From contig DAOLGI010000006.1 in the NCBI GenBank assembly GCA_035329685.1, positions 1,570 through 41,921 on the forward strand: a stretch of 40,352 nucleotides of DNA, written 5' to 3'. Every line of letters starts with the position of its first letter. Position 1 is the stretch's first letter. The DNA is from Acidimicrobiia bacterium. GTDB lineage: Bacteria; Actinomycetota; Acidimicrobiia; IMCC26256; JAGPDB01. Both the position numbers and the translations under genes were made by a program. This document shows, one piece after another, positions 34,831 through 40,352 of the stretch. Under the pieces are notes generated by a model. The model ran no database searches. It had not been told where the DNA came from and worked only from the letters and a program-made list of their open reading frames with translations.

Positions 34831-34844
34831 TATCCCCCCACAAA

Positions 34845-34882
34845 AATGGTTGGTACGCGCAATGCATACCGACCATTTTTTA
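34845..34882 (+). terminator. Rho-independent terminator
   Basis: An 11-bp stem, aatggttggta (34845-34855) / taccgaccatt (34867-34877), with one G.U pair, followed by a T-run. Confidence 0.7.
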
Positions 34883-34920
34883 TTGCACGGTTATTCCGAG
34901 AGAGCCGATTGAAAGGAGTA

Positions 34921-34970
34921 GTCATTCCGAGCCTGCGAGGAATCCAGATCCTTCGCAAGCTCAGGATGAA
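34921..34970. repeat. Hairpin-repeat locus G
   Basis: gtcattccgagcctgcgaggaatc is the exact complement type of the reverse unit at locus D. It is followed by cagatccttcgcaagctcaggatgaa (a degenerate reverse unit). A further degenerate unit lies at ~34891. Confidence 0.8.
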
Positions 34971-34976
34971 CGGGAC

Positions 34977-35396
34977 TTAAATTCCGTTGTCGTTGAGGTT
35001 TGAGCTATCCAAAGTATTCGATGAAATGTCACTCGACAAATCTTTATCAAAGGATGTAAGTGCGTCATCAATTTCATCTGCCACTGCATTAGCTTCAGAG
35101 TTGTTTGTACCAGGTGTTGTAGTGGCTGTTGTGGTGTTCGGGCGAGTGTTGATGGCAACATTGCGTTGTGAACCAGCAGAATTGTCGGATGATTGCGAGC
35201 CAAGTGAGAGCCCAAAAGCAACGACAAGAACCGACGCGGCGATGCCCAAAAGTATATAGAGCTTTTTCTTTTTACCAAACTCTCCATGAGAGACGTTCGA
35301 TCCGTGCTCGATCTTGTCCATGACGCGATCTGTAAAGTCTGATGTTGGTTCGTGTTCCATTCTTGCTTCTCCTATCATGTCCTCAAAATTGCCCAT
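34977..35396 (-). CDS. Single-pass anti-sigma factor candidate
   Basis: Its ATG overlaps the 3' end of the ECF sigma gene by 14 nt. Short cytoplasmic N-terminus, one TM (LYILLGIAASVLVVAFGLSL), and a Ser/Thr/Asn-rich extracytoplasmic tail. Confidence 0.65.
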   Translation of the reverse strand: MGNFEDMIGEARMEHEPTSDFTDRVMDKIEHGSNVSHGEFGKKKKLYILLGIAASVLVVAFGLSLGSQSSDNSAGSQRNVAINTRPNTTTATTTPGTNNSEANAVADEIDDALTSFDKDLSSDISSNTLDSSNLNDNGI

Positions 35397-35922
35397 AAAG
35401 CTGCTCCTCTAATTGTTGCTTGCCGCGAGATAGCCAAGTGCGTGCGGTGCCGATAGGGCATCCCACAATGGTGGCGATCTCTTCATAACTTTTGTTTTCC
35501 CAATAGAAAAGGTTGATGACTTGTTGATAATCAGGCTTTAGTGTGGCGATTGCGTCGCGAACATTTTGTGCCCGTGCGCTTTGTGTGAATGCTTCGTCGG
35601 GAGAGAGCTCGCTCGCTCGTCCGTCTGGGACAACACGCAGGATTCGTGAATTTTTCTTAAAGTGGTCTTTTGCAATGTTTGATGCGATTGCGTAAAGCCA
35701 CGTAGAAAACGAATATGCAGAATTATACGTAGAAAGCTTTCGGAACGCTTGTACAAATGCATCTTGAGCTAGGTCCTCTGCGATGGTTGAATCTCGAGTC
35801 ATGTTATAGAGATAGTTGATAAGACCGCGGTGATAGCGTTCCACAACGACACGGTACTGAGCCTTATCTCCGCTCAGTACCGCATTGATTGCCGTCACGT
35901 CGTCTGTTGTTTCCCCATTCAT
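35383..35922 (-). CDS. ECF-type sigma-70 family RNA polymerase sigma factor
   Basis: Region 2 (..YHRGLINYLYNMTRDSTIAEDLAQDAFVQAFRKL..Y......FSTWLY.IA.N) and region 4 HTH (LFYWENKSYEEIATIVGCPIGTARTWLSRGKQQL). 179 aa. Confidence 0.9.
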   Translation of the reverse strand: MNGETTDDVTAINAVLSGDKAQYRVVVERYHRGLINYLYNMTRDSTIAEDLAQDAFVQAFRKLSTYNSAYSFSTWLYAIASNIAKDHFKKNSRILRVVPDGRASELSPDEAFTQSARAQNVRDAIATLKPDYQQVINLFYWENKSYEEIATIVGCPIGTARTWLSRGKQQLEEQLYGQF

Positions 35923-35939
35923 TGCTCTGCACCTTATTT

Positions 35940-36515
35940 TCAGAGAGCTCGAAGTTGATCGCGAATACTTTTAAGTTCGGGAACAATTGTGTTGACCCAA
36001 TACTGGCGTCGAGATAATTTCACTTCTTTAATCTCTTCCACTTTTGTCTTGCACTCTTGGAAGGCCGCGCGACCCCCTTCACGATCACCCTCACAGACAA
36101 GTGAAACTGCTGAATCAATGAGTGCTGCGATTTCTGTTCGTTTGTCTTTTATCTCGTCGGTGAATTCTTCCCAGATCTCGTGGTATGTTTCAAGATCGCT
36201 TGTATCAACTCCGTTTGCTTTTGCTTTCTCAACGAGCGCAGCGAGCTTGGCATCCTGCTTTTCGTAGAGTGATTCTGTTGATGCAGCACGTTCTTGAATC
36301 GTTGCCTTTTGAGTGGCGACGCGTGTCGTGATGCGTTCGCAAGCCTCAGCTTGGCGCTGTTCTGTCGCTGCTTGGCGTTGTTCGATGCGCGTTTGTCGCG
36401 AAGTCGAAGTCGGGGTTGTTGTGGTCGTTGATGATGTCTCGGCAAAGGCCGGGGCAGCACTGGTGACAAGAAGTGCGGCGCATAGGGATGCGCAACTAAG
36501 TAGTTTGAACTTCAT
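35940..36515 (-). CDS. Secreted all-helical protein, unknown function, first gene of the ECF sigma operon
   Basis: The internal ATG at 36515 is preceded by GGAGGA (cgaatggaggacccATG). Signal peptide MKFKLLSCASLCAALLVTSAAPAFA. Coiled-coil-like mature part with 3 Cys. It ends 17 nt before the sigma gene start. Confidence 0.7.
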   Translation of the reverse strand: MKFKLLSCASLCAALLVTSAAPAFAETSSTTTTTPTSTSRQTRIEQRQAATEQRQAEACERITTRVATQKATIQERAASTESLYEKQDAKLAALVEKAKANGVDTSDLETYHEIWEEFTDEIKDKRTEIAALIDSAVSLVCEGDREGGRAAFQECKTKVEEIKEVKLSRRQYWVNTIVPELKSIRDQLRAL

Positions 36516-36602
36516 GGGTCCTCCATTCGTTGTGGCATAGGTTATAGGGAGGTAAGAGCCAAAAAGTTTCACTTTTCCAGAAAAATGAACTGGACTGGTG
36601 AA

Positions 36603-36618
36603 ATAAAGTGCACTTTAT
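36603..36618. promoter_or_regulatory. Perfect 16-bp palindrome ataaagtgcactttat upstream of the ECF operon (candidate operator)
   Basis: Read directly. It lies in the 132-nt spacer between the peptidase-NHL stop (36648) and the 36515 start. Confidence 0.3.
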
Positions 36619-36647
36619 CCTCTTTGGAAGGACGGACCTCCCGGAAA

Positions 36648-38750
36648 TTAGAGCGCACTGTAAATGGCGCGCACACGAGAACTGGGCGTCGTGAGGTTTT
36701 GTGAAAAGAGGAGGATGCTGCTGGCGCTGTCGTAGGCAAGACCCCAAGGAGATGCCAGGAGTGCTCCAAGTGAGGGACCGTTGTCTCCGGTGTTCCCCGA
36801 TACTCCTGTACCTGCAAAGTTCGCAACCGCTGTTCCGGTTTGTTTGACAATACAACGACGACCCAGCTGTGTCACATAGATGCTTCCCGTTGATGTCGCA
36901 ATGACGTCAGATGGATTCGAAAGGTTAATTGCTGTTGCCAGACCTGAGAATGCGCAGGTGTTATTCGGTGCTACATTGGTTCCTCCGCCCATCACTTGCG
37001 AAATTTGGCCGGTAGCAACTGCGAGTTTTCGGATACAACTACGACCTGTGTCGGCAATGAGGAGATCTCCTGCTGCATCAAAAGAGATTCCGCGAGGGCC
37101 AGACATCGAGACACCTGTTCCTGCACCTGCGAATGTGCAAGCAGTCGTCGCACCCGTGCCTGCAATCAGTGAAATGACTCCAGACGAGAGAAGAACCCTT
37201 CGTATTCTGTTATTGGAAGAATCGGCGATGTAGAGATGGGTGCCATTCACGGCCAAGCCTAAAGGTGCACTGACCCGTGCTGCCGAGGCAAGGCCACCAT
37301 CACCATTTGAGCCAGCAGTGCCGTTGCCCACATACCGGGCTATCTGTCCTGTCGCTACTGTGATTTTGCGAATACAATTGCCTGTAGATTCTGCAATGTA
37401 GATGTCACCTGCAGAATCAACGGTGACATCGCTTGGCCCGCTCAGAATTGCCGCAGTTGCAGCACCGGCAAAGGTGCACCCGGCGGTGGCTCCTCCTCCT
37501 GCGATGGTGGTAATAATTCCCGTGCTTTTGGTGACCTTGCGGATTCTGTTATTTGTAAAATCGGCGATGTAAAGATTTCCACTACTGTCTGTTGAAATGC
37601 CTCGGGGCAGGTTCAGTGTGGCTGACGTTGCCGCACCGGTATCTCCTGTTGCCCCAACCGTTCCAGTACCGGCGTAGGCGTCAATCGAAAATTGGCAGCG
37701 ATCACTGCGGATTTCTGAAGTATTCGAACTTGTCCAACTGGTACCTGTGCGCGTAGAACGAATTGCATAGAACCATTCATTAGCGACAGGGGAGGGCGCG
37801 TCTGTTCCTATGGTTGCGGGATTCGCAAAGTTTGTTTGCGTGCCGTACGGTCCACCTGTGACAGTTCCGCGTTGGAGTTGGGTATTGTTTTGTGAACCTG
37901 AACCAGCTAGCGACCAATTAAATGAAAGCGTGGAGAGCGATGTGGTCCACGAGCAACCGATGTAGCTTACGTTTTGAACATTTGATGCTGCAACGACGGG
38001 GTTACTTGTCGATGTTGTTGAGGAAGCCGTAAAGGCAGCATAAGCCCCCGAATAAAGAACGAGCACTGCCACCGCCAAGAAAAAAGCACTAGCTACAGTC
38101 GCTCGTGACGAGAGTGATTTTGTAAGTATACTTTGTCGCTTTTTAAAAACAACTTGTTTTAGACGAGAGGCTTTAGCTTTATTTTGACCCCTCGCAACCA
38201 GGATGCCCGCGAAGATCATGACGGCAAGTTCGATGACGATCGTGATTTCACGACGTGACCCGACAGAAAAAAAAGTAAAGAGGCTTCCCGCTTTAGGAAT
38301 TGATTCAACAACGATCCATGCCCTGTTTCCCGTTATGAAAAAATTCCATTTGTCGGGAGAGGAATTTGCATCCCCCTTTGTCTTAAAGAGAGGCTTTTTG
38401 CCATCACTTATTTCTATAATTCGGTGAGCAATAATTTGTTTTCCAGAGGTTGGTTCTTGAAAGATCATGACATCGCCGACCTTAAGATCAGCGACATTTT
38501 TTTCAGTTGCAATCGCCAATGAATTTTTTGGCATTTCAGGAGCCATTGATCCACTCAAGATAGAAACGGCTCGATATTTTCCTGTGATGAGACTCAGAGC
38601 AATGACCAGGAAGAGAAGAACGACCGCTATGAAAATACCATTGCCAAGAAATTTAAGAATGCGGACGAAAGGAGGTGAGGGAGTTTCAGATGTGTCCGTA
38701 TCCTTGGACGTTGATTGGGTTTTATGAACGTTATTTTTTCTGCTAACCAT
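36648..38750 (-). CDS. SipW/archaeal-type signal peptidase I fused to a TasA-type signal/cleavage motif, an Ig-like linker and a six-bladed NHL-repeat beta-propeller
   Basis: aa 34-56: TM. S26 motifs ILSGSMAP (Ser), IIAHRII (His) and TKGDAN, as in SipW-type enzymes. aa 168-187: second TM. aa 198-251: a basic stretch plus hydrophobic stretch ending YSGAYAAFTASSTTSTSNP. aa ~376-700: six repeats of the type (L/P)xGxxxDxxGxxY(I/V)ADxxNxxIR(K/R)(V/I). No in-frame ATG/GTG/TTG exists between the peptidase and the signal-like segment. Confidence 0.8.
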   Translation of the reverse strand: MVSRKNNVHKTQSTSKDTDTSETPSPPFVRILKFLGNGIFIAVVLLFLVIALSLITGKYRAVSILSGSMAPEMPKNSLAIATEKNVADLKVGDVMIFQEPTSGKQIIAHRIIEISDGKKPLFKTKGDANSSPDKWNFFITGNRAWIVVESIPKAGSLFTFFSVGSRREITIVIELAVMIFAGILVARGQNKAKASRLKQVVFKKRQSILTKSLSSRATVASAFFLAVAVLVLYSGAYAAFTASSTTSTSNPVVAASNVQNVSYIGCSWTTSLSTLSFNWSLAGSGSQNNTQLQRGTVTGGPYGTQTNFANPATIGTDAPSPVANEWFYAIRSTRTGTSWTSSNTSEIRSDRCQFSIDAYAGTGTVGATGDTGAATSATLNLPRGISTDSSGNLYIADFTNNRIRKVTKSTGIITTIAGGGATAGCTFAGAATAAILSGPSDVTVDSAGDIYIAESTGNCIRKITVATGQIARYVGNGTAGSNGDGGLASAARVSAPLGLAVNGTHLYIADSSNNRIRRVLLSSGVISLIAGTGATTACTFAGAGTGVSMSGPRGISFDAAGDLLIADTGRSCIRKLAVATGQISQVMGGGTNVAPNNTCAFSGLATAINLSNPSDVIATSTGSIYVTQLGRRCIVKQTGTAVANFAGTGVSGNTGDNGPSLGALLASPWGLAYDSASSILLFSQNLTTPSSRVRAIYSAL

Positions 38751-38772
38751 GATGAATCTCTTCTTTATACAA

Positions 38773-38802
38773 CTCTACCGGCAGAATGATCTGCCGGTAG
38801 AG
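38773..38802 (-). terminator. Perfect 12-bp-stem hairpin between the tasA-like and peptidase genes (attenuator/partial terminator or mRNA-stabilising hairpin)
   Basis: ctctaccggcag-aatgat-ctgccggtagag. On the minus transcript it is followed only by UUGUAUAAAG (a weak U tract). Confidence 0.45.
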
Positions 38803-38826
38803 ATGCTTTATTGGAGTCCGGTAGTG

Positions 38827-39495
38827 TTACTGGTTAGTTCCTGCGCGTTGTTGTGATGCGAGTTCGTACTCAATTTGTGATGTGAGGTTTTGGAAGGTGT
38901 TTCCAGCGCCCACTGGGAAAGACAACGTAACTCTGAGGAAGTTGTCTGTTCCTGAGGTTCCCACAATGTTGTTAAGGGTCACAGCGGATTGGATGACAGG
39001 GACTGATGTCAATACTGACGAGGTTGTGCCTCCACATGTGTATGTGTATGCGGGTGCGACGCCGGCTTCTGTCCAAGCAACGGAGCATTTGTCGATTGCC
39101 ATTTGTAGACCGTTGGTTGTGTCGGTGTTCAAAAGTGATGATTGACATGTTCCCAAGCAACCCGTTGCACGACTAGTGAGACGGATAGGTGTTGTTGCGT
39201 TCAAACATGAGGAACCTGAGTTCTTTGCGTTGACTGTTCGTTGCATTGTGTCGCCGGGAACAATGTTTGACGCACCTAAGGTGAGTCGGTTGTTCGCCGC
39301 GTTTGTTCCAATTCCTGCAAGAGTCATTGTACAAGTGGTCGTTATAGGGTTAGAGGCAGATGTGTCGGCCGTCCCAGTAAACGTTGAAAATGCACCAAAG
39401 CTCATAAGGCTTGAGCTCACTGCAATGAGACATATTGCGAATGTCATTTTTGCAAGGAGCGAGGTCTTTTTGATCGCTCGTATTGATTTTCTCAT
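38827..39495 (-). CDS. TasA/camelysin-superfamily exported protein with a SipW-cognate-type signal peptide
   Basis: The N-terminus MRKSIRAIKKTSLLAKMTFAICLIAVSSSLMSFGAFSTFTGTADTSASNP has a basic n-region, an h-region and a G-A-F-x-x-F-T motif. LGASNIVPGDTMQRTVNAKNSGS matches the PGD...v.N.G strand of the family. The C-terminus IEYELASQQ fits the f.f.a.Q ending. SD GAGGA upstream. Confidence 0.75.
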   Translation of the reverse strand: MRKSIRAIKKTSLLAKMTFAICLIAVSSSLMSFGAFSTFTGTADTSASNPITTTCTMTLAGIGTNAANNRLTLGASNIVPGDTMQRTVNAKNSGSSCLNATTPIRLTSRATGCLGTCQSSLLNTDTTNGLQMAIDKCSVAWTEAGVAPAYTYTCGGTTSSVLTSVPVIQSAVTLNNIVGTSGTDNFLRVTLSFPVGAGNTFQNLTSQIEYELASQQRAGTNQ

Positions 39496-39746
39496 TTGGG
39501 TCCTCTTTCAATGGGACAGGTTTTTGTTCTAGAAATATTTCGGTTGTTGGAATCGATTCTGAATACTGAATTTGAGAAATTTGTAAAAACGGGTCATTTG
39601 GTCGAGGCTAATAACTCAATACGTGGTTGGTGGAGTATGCGAGACCGCAAAGCGTGATCACACAGCTTTCGTGATTCCTGATACTACCATAATGGCATAA
39701 AAGCATATTTTTCAGTAATATGGTTCATGTCAGAAAAGGATTTTCC

Positions 39747-40352
39747 ATGAACATCAGATTGCCCAGATTACCGAGACCGCTTTACCTCGCGATTGTGCCC
39801 TTCGCTTTACTTGTGGCGAGTTGTTCCCACGATACGATCAACCAGTCATCGATAGATGAAAACTCGGTTGTCCCTGATTCAACATCGACAACAGAAGCTG
39901 CGCCATTAGATGGATCGCTTGAACCAACAATCTGGGAAATGGAGTGTAGCGATTTTACCAGCGTTACGATTAATGGTGGCGTGGCAGTAAATAACGCTCC
40001 ACCACGATCGCGTTGGCGTTACTCACCTGCAAACAATCCCTATTTCGAAGCAGTGGGCATTTTGGTTCCCAAGCCCGAACAACTTCTCAGCGATGTGTTG
40101 CCTCCGACCCTTACAGTGCCGACCGGTGCTTATGGATATGTGGTCGAGCACAATGAAGTAATTGGTGAAAGAGGACAATCAACAGGTGTATCGCAAACTG
40201 ACTTTTATGTTATGCCCATTTTAACACCCAATGATCGTATAATTTTCAGAGAGATGGCGACAGATCCCACTGTATATCCCGAAAGAGTTCCTGGGGTGGT
40301 TGAAGCAATTGAAGGAATCAAGACAGAGGGAAATTTTGTGACAGTTCTCGAT
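39747..40352 (+). CDS. Lipoprotein, unknown function, 3' end outside window (not in the ORF track)
   Basis: Hand translation from ATG 39747 is open for 202 codons to the window edge. The N-terminus MNIRLPRLPRPLYLAIVPFALLVASCSHD has a lipobox (LVASC). The gene is divergent from the tasA-like gene. Confidence 0.6.
   Translation, partial: MNIRLPRLPRPLYLAIVPFALLVASCSHDTINQSSIDENSVVPDSTSTTEAAPLDGSLEPTIWEMECSDFTSVTINGGVAVNNAPPRSRWRYSPANNPYFEAVGILVPKPEQLLSDVLPPTLTVPTGAYGYVVEHNEVIGERGQSTGVSQTDFYVMPILTPNDRIIFREMATDPTVYPERVPGVVEAIEGIKTEGNFVTVLD

Noticed and set aside
386-34970. Possibility that the short repeats are a CRISPR array
   Set aside because: Units are dispersed over seven loci, occur in both orientations, are not separated by regular unique spacers of fixed length, and no cas genes are present.
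36541-36572. ECF-type or sigma-70 promoter for the 36515 operon (minus strand GTGAAAC ... CCTATAAC)
   Set aside because: The spacing is 17-19 nt depending on register, and the -10 lacks the CGT-type ECF element. The assignment would be guesswork without TSS data.
31399-40352. Genomic island integrated at tRNA-Gln (exoD-like, Y-family polymerase, ECF cluster, tasA/sipW)
   Set aside because: The gene content looks accessory. However, I found no integrase, no direct repeat of the tRNA 3' end and no obvious composition break by eye, so this is not supportable from this window alone.

Overview
This 40.35 kb window appears to come from an Actinomycetota chromosome with moderate or low GC (mid-40s % by eye, not computed). 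The lineage call rests on a WhiB-family regulator, a PAC2 protein, actinobacterial-type SerC, and two micro-genes for the actinobacteria-specific ribosomal proteins bS22 and bL37. It also rests on the mycobacterial/Bacillus-like synteny rsmI - metG - tatD - rpfB/yabE-like - ksgA - ispE - tRNA-Gln. Most of the window is core housekeeping: tldD/pmbA, uppP, plsY, galU, moaC, fused trpE(G), mscL, serC, metG, tatD, ksgA, ispE, tRNA-Ala and tRNA-Gln.

Four things stand out.
1. At 34-40 kb there is a co-directional envelope cluster: TasA/camelysin-like gene, then a SipW-type signal peptidase, then a secreted helical protein, then an ECF sigma and its anti-sigma. In the peptidase ORF the catalytic domain is fused to a copy of the TasA-type signal/cleavage motif and a six-bladed NHL propeller. 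This looks like a peptidase-substrate fusion and is the best candidate for a new system.
2. A dense family of short hairpin repeats (GTCATYCNGAG..GAAKRATCTC and its complement) has at least 16 units at 7 intergenic loci.
3. An IS200-like HUH tyrosine transposase (RAYT-like) is flanked by perfect palindromes whose core recurs next to two of the repeat loci.
4. A DapA-fold protein lacks the Schiff-base lysine and carries a roughly 260 aa acidic N-terminal extension.

Smaller oddities:
- A tRNA-Ala ends 3 nt before the trpE(G) start codon.
- The rpfB-position gene carries an RlpA/3D-type DPBB domain.
- There is an orphan ParA with a tail-anchored acidic partner.
- lysR and the PAP2 gene overlap by 88 bp in convergent orientation.

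No CRISPR array, integrase or rRNA was seen. All homology statements come from motif recognition by eye, not from searches.
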